Source: a virus (lineage: Duplodnaviria > Caudoviricetes). From it: 64,000 bases of DNA. The stretch spans positions 64,001-128,000 of IMG/VR virus record IMGVR_UViG_3300021255_004427; one strand, written 5' to 3'. Made by a program: the position numbers and the translations under genes. The notes under the pieces are model-generated. The model saw nothing but the letters and a program-made list of their open reading frames with translations. It was not told the DNA's origin and made no database searches. This document shows, one piece after another, positions 20,501 through 28,501 of this stretch (the first letter of the stretch is position 1; every line of letters starts with the position of its first letter).

Positions 20501-23291
20501 ACGACCGGGCGCAAGGGTTCATATCCGTATTGGCTATGGCGCCGATGCTTCTCATCTGCCGATTAGTTTTAATGGGATGATTGCGGAAGTAGATAACGGC
20601 GATGTAGTAAAACTCATTTGTCAAAGCGATGGCGGAGAAATCTGTAAGCCCATTCTTCTAGAAAAGAAAGCGTCAGAACTTCAGGGGATTGATGGCGTTG
20701 GTTGGTCATCCGTTGCTGAAAACGGCGATACCCCGAAGAGTATTATGCGTAGCCTGATGTGCTTAAAAGGCGGGCTTATCAATTCCTATATGCATGATAA
20801 GGGCTGGGATGACGCAGCAAATCTTATTGGTACGCCAATAAACCCGCTAGGGATTTATCACTTCGGTAATCCCGACATGGCATATGCCGGAGACCCCGAA
20901 CCAGTACAAAACATCTTCGAGATTGGTCTTAAGGCAGGTTCGGACCGATACCTAAACGTCTCGGGGGATGACCATAAAGAAGGCGTGCTTGAGGGAATGG
21001 CAAATACCTTTAAAGGCAAGGACGAGGATATTGCAACGCACCTGCAGTTCGAAGTGTTCGGTAAAACTGTCTGGGATGTAGCAAATATCTGCCGGAGTAC
21101 CGATCCGGAATACTACGCGGCTGTTCGGCCATTCCATATGCGTTCTACATTATTTATCGGGCGCGCGCATGACTACTATGCTTATGATTATGAGCAAAAA
21201 GGCGGCACATGGATTGAAAAGCGCAAGCCATTCCAGCAGGCGCATATCTATACGTCACTCTCTGATATTATTGACAATCGGCTGGCGGTTTCTCCAAAAG
21301 ACATCAAGACGTGCGCCATTGGCATGTATGAAGTAGAAGGTTTTATGAATGCCAAGGTACAGAAGAAAACCGACCCGCAGTGGGTGGATGCGGCAATATA
21401 TCCGGAGTACCAGAAAACAATGTATGTAGATACAAAACTCTTCGGTGAAGCATCTAGAAAGCTTGGCATCATAAGTGATGTTACTGGGTGGTTTACCAAT
21501 GGTGTATTCAATAGCTGGCTGGATCGTGGTTTTGACAAGGAGGGCGATGCGCAAAATCATCATGCTCTCGCAGTAAAGATGACCATTAGTGCCCTTAAGG
21601 ACGCGATGAAAGAAATGTATCAAGGGAATATTGTTGTTATTGGCGACCCAACAGTACAGCCTAACGATCGCATAATCCTAAACGATACATACAATTACAT
21701 CAACGGGCAGTGCCTTGTCCGCGATGTAGTTCAAGTATTCTCCAGTGAAAATGGTTTTAGAACAGTGCTTACACCGGATCTCATCACCACACAGGTGGGG
21801 GATGCGTCTGCTGGGGAATCTAAAAATCAGTCCTTTGGCTGTCTTGGTGTAAATACTGTAGTTGGCACACTGGGCGCGATTTGCGGAGCGAAGCTTATGC
21901 AGGGGGCAGCATCAGGATTGTTTAAAAGCCTGCAGAGCATAAAAAACAGCGAGAATGCTGTAAAAGTTGGTAACTTAATCAAAAGCACAGGCTCTGCTAT
22001 AAATGAAAGCAAGGTTGTGCAGGTCGGTAAAAATGTTCTTGGTGGGTTTTCGAAATTTGGCAATGCTTTAAGTAAGATTGGAAGTGTTGCTCGTGCAGTT
22101 TCAACTGTAGCCAGTGGAGCTGAAGCAGTAGCTGGCGCAGTGGCCGGCGGCGCAGAGGCTGTAGCCGCTGCGGTCACGGCTGGAGGCGCGGCAACGGCGG
22201 CGGCAATTGCTGCTCCACTTGTTCCGGTATTTATATTGGGGCTTGGTGCCATAGAAGATATTGTGGCAAGTAAATTCAATAGCAGGAAGACGCTGGTAAT
22301 ATTCCCGTTAATGAAATACAACAAGCCATATGTTGGCGGAATTGATGGCCACGTTGGTTCTGTGTACGGAGCACCAAACTTTGGATCTGAAGATGCAATA
22401 CAGTCTATATTTACGACGCTGTCGAATGCAAGCAACTACCCCTATTTTTCGAAAGTGGTAAACGCCCTGTTCGGAAAAGACGGTATTATGGATATTCATC
22501 AGAGCTTTGGTTTGGATGAGTGCCAGAAGATTGCTAACGATGAAGGTCTTGCGCAAACTGCATATCGCCAAATAAACAATAGCCAAATAAACAACTTCTC
22601 GAAAGCATCTTTTAACCCGCTTAAGCCGCGCATGTCTGTACGGAGTAACAATGCCATTCAAAAAGCAAAAGCCCTTTATGGCGTAACCGGAAAAACTCCT
22701 GACGATATAAATGCGGATACAAAGATGAAGGAAATGAAGAGCGTTATTCATGACGAGACATTGAAACAATACTTCACTAATGGGTTCTTCCGTGTAGCAG
22801 CACACGAGAAAGGTTTTACAGCAGATATCAGTGACAAGATTGAATGTATCTGTATTAAAAATCCAGACAGTGAAGAATACTACTACATTAATGCTATCCT
22901 GGACAGTAATGGGTGCTATGACATACCATTTGTACACAAAGAAGCGGCGGGAGTCCTGCATGATATCATTGTGAGGTCGTTTGTTTTTATGGCTGGTACA
23001 GAACAAGAACGCGATGCATATAAATGGTATGAAGACAATAAAGGGTCATTCATAACACTGACTTCGGCCTTAAAGTGTGGCTCGTCCAAGAATTATGAAT
23101 CCACAGGCTTCTCGTTTGTATTAACCGCCTCGGACGATAAATCTCAAAAGGCGCTTTCTAGTGCTATTGATTTTATCAATCGCCAAATGGCGGAAACGCA
23201 TAATAAGATGGAGGCTGTACCAGAGGCAGTAATGACTAAGAAGGAAAGTGGCCGAGATGTATTTATTGTAGTGCATCCGCCACAGAGGTAA
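14523..23291 (+). CDS. Giant baseplate hub-like virion protein with an N-terminal thermonuclease (SNase-like) domain
   Basis: SNase motifs VDDGDTL, VRFAGLDTKE, DAYGRCISAVY, INLNKLVI. Hub (gp27/gpD-like) signatures LRPGARVHIRIGYG...FNGMIAEV and YQGNIVVIGDPTVQPNDRIILND...VRDVVQVFSSENGFRTVLTP. GTG start with GGAGG RBS. Confidence 0.65.
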   Translation: MVTDFINPAIGLPDMGDFYYDAPDQESYFGEMDKNLNSVRRDRANSAEAYRFYQEDPPQPGADEQGKVYVFDVELGAKGIGDDSEEVAGIKVDDGDTLAIPVGSIHPADEKSEKYLSYIKGYTSTHNSSGEATAVNVRFAGLDTKELPHYRKIGMDELNQKELSQVDLGTALGNKNYMVSKYKSWMQTRKTLDKAYDGYKTKGTFFDYAQPSDSVVNVVKLDDDKYHQYFSDGTNGYVLVANATNDYSPETIADAGIGRDVVVNALNDAEAMRIVVDGTQITRDGGNIKTMFNTELYGSGFENEARRQLDMLFDSYTKHQRPGFNTWGQDAYGRCISAVYVKIKGQWINLNKLVIADTNMTEINKYNDGDQASTAINLDSYEYDKKAYADSLYADTSKFDDREQVQKQIFGQTWKALKDWTVTIGDVTLFVPPTSIRTLTQTKAERMPLIRAKGSMAKSSTKNQRIIEMDLYFNEDRGINGYEYKTNTRPDNKGKNVTYWMNGLRALYAQFRVAPFLPIESYYINTVLGVDAVSLVSFSCETVPNFPKLIKATIQLSEFEYRIYMPEIPFDDGSDDDTEVRNYFSKQINYPLFRYYYQRLLRNGEELRGVKFLDKKYITSTFGNKTCLVPANFVDPYIRFYVPNKNQLERLKKAKLERMARPNTVRDITKTELNFADEMAKVKNEIDYINTSQSPLDKVNDYLKAPELDGYVLAGVNNRMVIGKAGAAGTFVPDEEKTRELESLLSEATTYYEVGLTSLKREDGQPLCQKQGATTFGPSNSDGSIYGAYFSINVEYPDISEDSLNNLRTLSSISGVASADETFVNRNLRLRMSVDFGESNLTYASNLLKGAALGKGESLFYFDVNADSSFLNFLAEVNNKQGVGGNEDANGAKALVDFVSSATLEFEPYNDDEDFLVEAIHINTSNTFAQVTLQETSGYAPQYMGGTDVSLQISMYTQSKKAASAINALPHVSAEFARNYRLVLAAWPLKIETEFTKLFGITDVMVEACEVDTVPNYPGLYHITMSLVSVDRSLRNRESLQQKDMKNFHNLSVQGVARERRWSYAQMTEYLSEAELYPDLELPTLKELAENGFNFIRYSNTKRVYPDPDFYFTYSYVLMSQLIREAVLNSLNSDACQTVIKDTTGKEISGSLANRMGSWNRNYELSRGWDKDLSSVFQNDDLITARIISDYENVADDERDETWTIAPNVKVAMMEKRMLNRINDSSKQSYQEKNGANIHSSTTYDNADGIKKPVTGQTTETDKDGNVTELKDAPDNTGNTGLSNEDNKGNLERLKQQQQDIKDEKATGKYSSAMYKKNEEISNRINGVIKHYQNTSIDEMGGSIGDAVQQLVAAFNTCPKYNNSHIEGVPGQGRSEIPNGLFGKIPAFLDAAADAICSNNGVDYSEETADHLNAAATAFGGTVATSMGVGAAIGSVATPVGTVAGVAAGAAVGTVAGTVAAVASVATGAHSKNEKAPWRHSTKYRGRLKIDGVEQVWAFDDKDPKKDYKIEMIAKNATEFGYFNFKFYTPEELEDRFGYYGHIERDNTVENSETVVEAHPRVGKYLADPYYRYANAEVQEAYVKKCLTDYDFAKKAFLRICMLYMQVLVSYSIFPSFSYDVMRDAFTNEENMRKVLAGVEELRAKKAAEERTKSETQKQYGTSKKYSQKKQPGEVKKDAASVVSYVGDAIPEGEKGKEAEGKDTEAKEGNAQENNGDKKSSTDKAATEQATTDSANAKKTAALNKSLSDYAKKINENKEAMDNGKLFLMCAMGVVDGDKNFLKLLLNREYDSLNAIAMAACSGKTSPNKKDATYETRLRSFIRALAGENVIDNSLIGSGETEAPAAVLGENNSRYNCSAAAEDPTMYMVHSFYDMVVHDCRGRMLRAFPTFYMFFIDEGRKIGKFRLHDNFYNINAISSITISKSRKNPTDVAEVVMTNFFNTFTTEDEDLNMNYSTNFTDVFKSLWLPTLQSYAVDEEERRTNAPKAERFRLRPGARVHIRIGYGADASHLPISFNGMIAEVDNGDVVKLICQSDGGEICKPILLEKKASELQGIDGVGWSSVAENGDTPKSIMRSLMCLKGGLINSYMHDKGWDDAANLIGTPINPLGIYHFGNPDMAYAGDPEPVQNIFEIGLKAGSDRYLNVSGDDHKEGVLEGMANTFKGKDEDIATHLQFEVFGKTVWDVANICRSTDPEYYAAVRPFHMRSTLFIGRAHDYYAYDYEQKGGTWIEKRKPFQQAHIYTSLSDIIDNRLAVSPKDIKTCAIGMYEVEGFMNAKVQKKTDPQWVDAAIYPEYQKTMYVDTKLFGEASRKLGIISDVTGWFTNGVFNSWLDRGFDKEGDAQNHHALAVKMTISALKDAMKEMYQGNIVVIGDPTVQPNDRIILNDTYNYINGQCLVRDVVQVFSSENGFRTVLTPDLITTQVGDASAGESKNQSFGCLGVNTVVGTLGAICGAKLMQGAASGLFKSLQSIKNSENAVKVGNLIKSTGSAINESKVVQVGKNVLGGFSKFGNALSKIGSVARAVSTVASGAEAVAGAVAGGAEAVAAAVTAGGAATAAAIAAPLVPVFILGLGAIEDIVASKFNSRKTLVIFPLMKYNKPYVGGIDGHVGSVYGAPNFGSEDAIQSIFTTLSNASNYPYFSKVVNALFGKDGIMDIHQSFGLDECQKIANDEGLAQTAYRQINNSQINNFSKASFNPLKPRMSVRSNNAIQKAKALYGVTGKTPDDINADTKMKEMKSVIHDETLKQYFTNGFFRVAAHEKGFTADISDKIECICIKNPDSEEYYYINAILDSNGCYDIPFVHKEAAGVLHDIIVRSFVFMAGTEQERDAYKWYEDNKGSFITLTSALKCGSSKNYESTGFSFVLTASDDKSQKALSSAIDFINRQMAETHNKMEAVPEAVMTKKESGRDVFIVVHPPQR

Positions 23292-23295
23292 ATAA

Positions 23296-23658
23296 ATGGG
23301 AGTACTTGGAAATGCAATGAAAAATGGTGTCATTGGCGAAGCTATGCGCTCCGCCAATCGGGACCAACAGACTGTTGCCAAAGTACTCAGCGCAGATGAG
23401 TCCAACAATCAGTGTACTGTAGAGTACATGGATAGGGACGGAAGTAAGGTAAAAATAGATAAGGCTATGGTGGATCTGCGGAATAAGGACTGGTTCCCCA
23501 GCAAGGGGGACATAGTCCTTATCCGTGTATCTGGCCGTTCTGCGCTAGTGGAGCAGCAGTACACAGAAGATTATAATGCGGATGTCCGTAGTAAACAGAA
23601 GTTAAGTAACGACGTCACCCCGGATGGTGACGGAACTGTAGCAGGTTCAATTTTTTGA
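23296..23658 (+). CDS. Putative baseplate spike / gpV-gp5-like OB-fold protein
   Basis: VAKVLSAD...CTVEY...WFPSKGDIVLI pattern is typical of spike N-terminal OB folds; lies directly after the hub gene. Confidence 0.5.
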   Translation: MGVLGNAMKNGVIGEAMRSANRDQQTVAKVLSADESNNQCTVEYMDRDGSKVKIDKAMVDLRNKDWFPSKGDIVLIRVSGRSALVEQQYTEDYNADVRSKQKLSNDVTPDGDGTVAGSIF

Positions 23659-23665
23659 GGAAATT

Positions 23666-24751
23666 ATGGCAGAAAATAAATCAGAAAAGTTTGCACTGCA
23701 GGTTGGTGCGGTAAAGCCAGACTTGCGGGCAAATATCAATGCACTGAGAAAGCGGGCGGATTATGCTGACCGTTCCACTGACTCAGCTATGGTGGGCAAT
23801 AACGGCAATGCCTCTCTACGCCTGTTCGATAAGAAAATAAATCAGGCAGCATCCCAGAATTCGTCCCAAAAGATGACAGATAAGCAAAATATCACCACAT
23901 CTTTTGAGGAACGTCATGTGACCAACAGATATAGTTTGGAAGCCTATGACTTTATCTTTAATGGTCATAAGCTCAATCCTAACCTCTGGGAATATAGCGA
24001 TTTTAAGAAGTATACGGATATGTATGGGCAGGAACATGCAGTCGGCGGTTTTACCATGATGGGTACTATTCTTACCCCGTCATGGGATGAACAGCTGCAT
24101 CGGTATGTTCTCATCCGACGTCAGACACGTATGCCGTTCTTCTCGCCGAAGAATAATGTGCCGGAAATCTTAAAGACCCTGAATATTGACGACCCGACCA
24201 AAGTCGCCTACAAATACGGCGTAAAGCAGTCGTCCGAAACGGCACAACAGTATTATGAACGCGTAGGCAAGAACTTCGACCAGAAAAAATATTACACTGG
24301 CGCTACCGCACCGAATCCAAATGGTGGCGGCGCTGGCACTGCTACGGCAGAGATTATTGAAAAGGCTGTTCAATGGTGTATTAAGATTGCTAACGATGAG
24401 GATGGTCAGATTCATCACTATTCCCAGCAGAACAGACAAGGCCCGGATTATGATTGTACGTCTTTCGTATGTGCTGGTTTGCAAGCGGGTGGACTGGATA
24501 TTCCGTTTTTGGGTGGCGGAGATTTTGATAATGCAATCTTAAACTATGGTTTTGAACGACTCCCATTCCCCGGTCTTGAGGGGTTGCAGCGCGGGGATAT
24601 CATGAGCAATCCGTCGCATGTTGAATGGTATATCGGTAACAACCAGCGTTGCGGTGCGCATACCGATAGTAAGCCTGCTGAAAAACAGATTAGTGTAGAG
24701 CAATATTGGGAAGGTCAGGGGTGGACAGATATTTTCCGATATAAAGGGTGA
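23666..24751 (+). CDS. Tail-associated peptidoglycan hydrolase with a C-terminal NlpC/P60 (CHAP-like amidase) domain
   Basis: YSQQNRQGPDYDCTSFV...LQRGDI...SHVEWYIG...GAH supplies Cys/His catalytic motifs, after a PNPNGGGAG linker. Confidence 0.8.
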   Translation: MAENKSEKFALQVGAVKPDLRANINALRKRADYADRSTDSAMVGNNGNASLRLFDKKINQAASQNSSQKMTDKQNITTSFEERHVTNRYSLEAYDFIFNGHKLNPNLWEYSDFKKYTDMYGQEHAVGGFTMMGTILTPSWDEQLHRYVLIRRQTRMPFFSPKNNVPEILKTLNIDDPTKVAYKYGVKQSSETAQQYYERVGKNFDQKKYYTGATAPNPNGGGAGTATAEIIEKAVQWCIKIANDEDGQIHHYSQQNRQGPDYDCTSFVCAGLQAGGLDIPFLGGGDFDNAILNYGFERLPFPGLEGLQRGDIMSNPSHVEWYIGNNQRCGAHTDSKPAEKQISVEQYWEGQGWTDIFRYKG

Positions 24752-24754
24752 TTA

Positions 24755-26509
24755 GTGATGGCGCAGATACCTAGCTATAATAAAATAGATTATCAAAACG
24801 ATTCCAAGCTTGTCGTATATGCAAAACAGCAGGCGATAGCGAAGGCGATGTCAAAGACATCGCCCGCTGTTGCTGCAAAGACGAGCATTATTGCAGGAAA
24901 TCAATCCAGCAGCACAAGGTACGAAGTTCCGGAATATAACAAGATTGACTACAAAAATGATTCTTTGGCGGTTATTACCGCGAAGCAAAAGGCGATTGTA
25001 AAGGCGCAGGGGGCGTCCTTACCTATAGCCAAGACGAATAACACCACCAGCGCTCCAGCAAAAAAAACGAGTGCTCCGCAGTATGAGATACCCAGCTACA
25101 ATAAAATAGACTACGCTAACGACTCACTAGCAGTAATTCAGGCGAAGAGACTGGCAATTGCCAATGCGCAGGGAGCTAACGGTCAAGAAGCAAAAACTCC
25201 AACAGTTAGTGTGTCGGTTAGTGAAGAAGCAGTCACAGTGATTTCGCCTAAAACCGAAAACGCAGTAAAAACCGAAGCCGAGAAAAAGAGTGAAGAAGCT
25301 AAAGCAAAAAAACTCAAAGAGGCTGAGGATCGAAAAAAGAAACGGGATAAAGAGTTTCAGGAGAAAACAGCTGTTGTTCAAAAGAATAGTGAAGAAGCCG
25401 CCAAAAATGTACAAAAGTATGTCGCCGAGCAATTAAAAGCCAACACCGAGAAGAAAAAGGACAAGGATAAGGACAAGGTAGCATCTTCATCTGAAGCGCT
25501 GAAAGAGATGAAAGATAACGTAAAAGGTGTATGGAAGAACTTGGTATCCCCCCTTAGCGGTTCTCTCAGCGACGCTGCAAAAAATATAAAATCAGATGAA
25601 GCCGCGAAAAGCATTATCGGTGAAATCAAAAAGACCTCGCAAGGGATAGGTAAGATAGAGGATTTTCTTAAAGGCGCAAGCGGCTTATCAAACGAAGACC
25701 TTATTAAACTCAGCACAAAATCTATTCTGGATTTCCAAAAAGATATTCTCAGTCAAAATTTAACCCAGCAAGCTATCCTGGATAGCATAACAAAACGCAT
25801 TGCCGAGCAGGAAGGCAATATAGCTAAGCTGGCTCAGAATATAGCAGACCAGTACCTTGTCCAAAAAGCGTATATTAATACATATCTGAAAAATACCCTT
25901 GGCAATCCGGAGTTTATGGAAAATATGTCGAAGACAATTGGCGGCCAGGTTAATGACTACATTGATGCATTATCAAACGAAAAAATTAATTCGGTAAATA
26001 ATCGGATTAATACAACCATCGACAATACATTCAACCGTATAACAAGCCAGGTAGAATCGACAACACAAAAGATAAACACAAAACTGGATGACCTGCTGAA
26101 GTTGGACATTGTAAATGACCTTAACCAAAAGCTTGAGAAAAGCATTTCTCTAGAGGCGTTTGAGAAGCGGTTGAACGCAAATCCGTTAACACAGGTATTG
26201 TCACCGAGTATTATGGCGATTTGTCAAGCAGGCAAGTTATCTGTTCTTAACTCCTTTAAGCAACCGAAGATGCTTGAAACAATTACAAAGGTTCAAACCA
26301 AGATTAAGGCGGTTCAAGAAAACCTTAATAAAGCAAAAGAATTCATTGCGAACAAAACAAAGCAGCTCAAGGAGTACGTGGACAATCTTAAAAAGAAAGC
26401 TACAGAAGCAGTTAAGCAGTTTGCCAATAAAGTTGTAGCGGACATAAAGAATAAGATTTCAGTAGCAATATCGGGAGCGCTAGGCAGTGTGGCCGGAGGT
26501 CTACTTTAA
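24755..26509 (+). CDS. Coiled-coil protein with three N-terminal ~27-aa repeats, function unknown
   Basis: Three copies of (I/V)PxYNKIDYxNDSxxVxxAKxxAIxxA, then a Lys/Glu-rich helical region. ATG at 24758 is an alternative start. Confidence 0.6.
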   Translation: MMAQIPSYNKIDYQNDSKLVVYAKQQAIAKAMSKTSPAVAAKTSIIAGNQSSSTRYEVPEYNKIDYKNDSLAVITAKQKAIVKAQGASLPIAKTNNTTSAPAKKTSAPQYEIPSYNKIDYANDSLAVIQAKRLAIANAQGANGQEAKTPTVSVSVSEEAVTVISPKTENAVKTEAEKKSEEAKAKKLKEAEDRKKKRDKEFQEKTAVVQKNSEEAAKNVQKYVAEQLKANTEKKKDKDKDKVASSSEALKEMKDNVKGVWKNLVSPLSGSLSDAAKNIKSDEAAKSIIGEIKKTSQGIGKIEDFLKGASGLSNEDLIKLSTKSILDFQKDILSQNLTQQAILDSITKRIAEQEGNIAKLAQNIADQYLVQKAYINTYLKNTLGNPEFMENMSKTIGGQVNDYIDALSNEKINSVNNRINTTIDNTFNRITSQVESTTQKINTKLDDLLKLDIVNDLNQKLEKSISLEAFEKRLNANPLTQVLSPSIMAICQAGKLSVLNSFKQPKMLETITKVQTKIKAVQENLNKAKEFIANKTKQLKEYVDNLKKKATEAVKQFANKVVADIKNKISVAISGALGSVAGGLL

Positions 26510-26521
26510 GGTGGTGGAAGA

Positions 26522-27046
26522 ATGCTAGATTTAGAAATGACGGACAATGGAGATCTTGCATGGTCTTCGGTGTCGAGCTCGGGCGCTTTTCATTTAAGGT
26601 TTGCGCTGGCAGATTACAAAACGCAGCATATACATTTTCTTTGTAGGCCGACAAGCCGTTTGCAAAACAAACATCGCAAGGGGCAGCGCATTCGCTTCTG
26701 TTTTGCGGAACCAGGAGAAGAGTTTAAGGTACAAACCGGCTTGGTTCAGAATGAAGATGAACGACTACAAGCACTCTACATTGCACTTCGCACAGAGCTT
26801 GGCGATGTAAATGACGATACGGTGGGTTCTGATTTCTATAAAGAGGCTCACCATATCATAGCAGATGCTAATGATTTATCGACTATCCGTGATAAAGCTG
26901 CGGAAGTAGTTGAACGCTTCTTTCCGGGCTCAGTCCTCGAAGCTGAATACTCAATATGTCCAGAGGCAAAAAACTTTAAGTATCAGTCAGTGAAGTTTAC
27001 AATAAAAGATAAAGACAACGAGGTTGTAGCTTCGTTTGTATTCTGA
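26522..27046 (+). CDS. Putative baseplate wedge protein (gp25/GPW-like)
   Basis: N-terminal MLDLEMTDNGDL and LQALYIALRTELGD...VGSDF resemble gp25/W-like proteins; position between lysin and baseplate J. Confidence 0.5.
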   Translation: MLDLEMTDNGDLAWSSVSSSGAFHLRFALADYKTQHIHFLCRPTSRLQNKHRKGQRIRFCFAEPGEEFKVQTGLVQNEDERLQALYIALRTELGDVNDDTVGSDFYKEAHHIIADANDLSTIRDKAAEVVERFFPGSVLEAEYSICPEAKNFKYQSVKFTIKDKDNEVVASFVF

Positions 27047-27072
27047 GAGAGCGAAAGCTCTCTATTTTTTTT
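27046..27072 (+). terminator. Intrinsic terminator upstream of the NAD cassette
   Basis: AGAGAGC-GAAA-GCTCTCT followed by ATTTTTTTT. Confidence 0.85.
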
Positions 27073-27102
27073 GAAAAAATTTGCTTTGCTGTAAAAATAG
27101 TC

Positions 27103-27131
27103 TTGACAAATGTGGTAATGTGTACTACGAT
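27103..27131 (+). promoter_or_regulatory. sigmaA/sigma70-type promoter of the NAD operon
   Basis: TTGACA (27103-27108), 17-nt spacer, TACGAT (27126-27131); AT-rich upstream; RBS AGAGG at ~27158. Confidence 0.8.
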
Positions 27132-27154
27132 TAATGTAGTACAAGATACCACAA
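27110..27154. promoter_or_regulatory. Two NrtR-type operator sites
   Basis: ATGTG-GT-AATGTGT-AC-TACGA (27110-27130) and ATGTA-GT-ACAAGAT-AC-CACAA (27134-27154). Both are 21-bp imperfect palindromes with the GT-N7-AC core known for NrtR. Confidence 0.75.
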
Positions 27155-27170
27155 AAAAGAGGTTGATTAT

Positions 27171-27956
27171 ATGTCAGATACACAAGAAGAGAAGGAATTT
27201 CTCAAGAACTACGATGCGGCACAGTATGAAAGACCATCCGTAACAGCAGATGTTGTTATTTTTACTGTAGACAGAGATAACGAATTAAGTATCCTGTTGA
27301 TAAAGCGCGGAGGGCATCCTTTTAAGGACCATTGGGCTATCCCAGGTGGATTTCTTGAGGCTGGAAAAGAATCCATTGATGAGGCAGCCGCCCGCGAGCT
27401 GTACGAGGAAACGGGAATAAAGGTTTCTAATGGTATTGAACTTAGGCAGCTTATCACAGTTGGTGAACCGGATCGCGACCCGAGAACACATGTCGTAAGC
27501 GTAGTTTATACGGCATTGGTTCCCAAAGGGCTTCTGCATATAAAAGCAGGGGATGATGCAAAAGAAGCACAGCTTTTTAAAATCCGCAGTTGGTTCGACG
27601 AAGAAGGAAACCGCAGGCTGCGTCTTGTTGGTGATAAGATTTCACTTACCACGGATAACCTTGCATTCGATCATGCCCGCATTATAAAAATTGCATTGGA
27701 AAGGCTTAGGGGGCGGTTAGAATATACGGACGACGCCTTCGCAATGCTCAAGAATAAAAAATGTTTTAAGATTTACGAGCTCAAGAAAATTCACGAAACC
27801 ATTTTACAAAAAGTAATCGACAGAGCGAACTTCCGTAAAATGTTTATTCGAAACTTTGTCGATACCGGTAAAGTTAGAGAATTAAAAAAAGATGAAGTTG
27901 AAGGTGCTGTAAAAACAGCAATGTATATGTATGTTGGAGGAAATGAGCATGAGTAA
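27171..27956 (+). CDS. nrtR: NrtR-family regulator (Nudix domain plus winged HTH)
   Basis: YERPSVTADVVIF, LLIKRGGHPFKDHWAIPGGF, RELYEETG, RDPRTHVVSVVY, LAFDHARII; C-terminal FKIYELKKIHETIL...DRANFRK wHTH. Confidence 0.9.
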   Translation: MSDTQEEKEFLKNYDAAQYERPSVTADVVIFTVDRDNELSILLIKRGGHPFKDHWAIPGGFLEAGKESIDEAAARELYEETGIKVSNGIELRQLITVGEPDRDPRTHVVSVVYTALVPKGLLHIKAGDDAKEAQLFKIRSWFDEEGNRRLRLVGDKISLTTDNLAFDHARIIKIALERLRGRLEYTDDAFAMLKNKKCFKIYELKKIHETILQKVIDRANFRKMFIRNFVDTGKVRELKKDEVEGAVKTAMYMYVGGNEHE

Positions 27957-28500
27957 AAAAGTATTGATTGTTGTTGACATGCAGAACGATTTTATCGATG
28001 GTGCGCTGGGCACTAAAGAAGCCGAGGCCATTGTCGATAACGTAGCCAAGAAGGTTGCGGAGGCAAAAAAGAACGGCGATATCATTATCTTCACGCAGGA
28101 TACACATACGGAAGATTACCTCAACACGCAGGAAGGTAAGAATCTGCCGGTGCCTCACTGTATTAAAGGAACAGATGGCTGGAAGATAACCAACAAGATT
28201 GACATTCCTGAAGAACACCTGATATACGAAAAAGGCTCCTTCGGCTCTGGTGAACTTGGCAAAGACCTCTCCAATAGCGAGAAGGAAATCAGTGCGATTG
28301 AATTTGTCGGGCTTTGCACAGATATCTGCGTACTGTCCAACGCAGTAATTGCAAAAGCGGCACTGCCGGAAGTTCCCATCACAGTAGATGCTGCATGCTG
28401 CGCAGGCGTAACGCCGAAGAGCCATGATGAAGCTCTTGGCGCATTGCAGATGATTCAGGTAAAAGTCGTAAACCAAGGGCAGGAACCCTGGAGGGCATAA
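27949..28500 (+). CDS. pncA: Nicotinamidase (isochorismatase/cysteine hydrolase family)
   Basis: LIVVDMQNDFIDGALG, TQDTH, HCIKGTDGW, EKGSFGS, VGLCTDICVLSNA. Start moved from 27931 to the ATG at 27949, 8 nt after GGAGG. Confidence 0.88.
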   Translation: MSKKVLIVVDMQNDFIDGALGTKEAEAIVDNVAKKVAEAKKNGDIIIFTQDTHTEDYLNTQEGKNLPVPHCIKGTDGWKITNKIDIPEEHLIYEKGSFGSGELGKDLSNSEKEISAIEFVGLCTDICVLSNAVIAKAALPEVPITVDAACCAGVTPKSHDEALGALQMIQVKVVNQGQEPWRA

Positions 28501-28501
28501 A

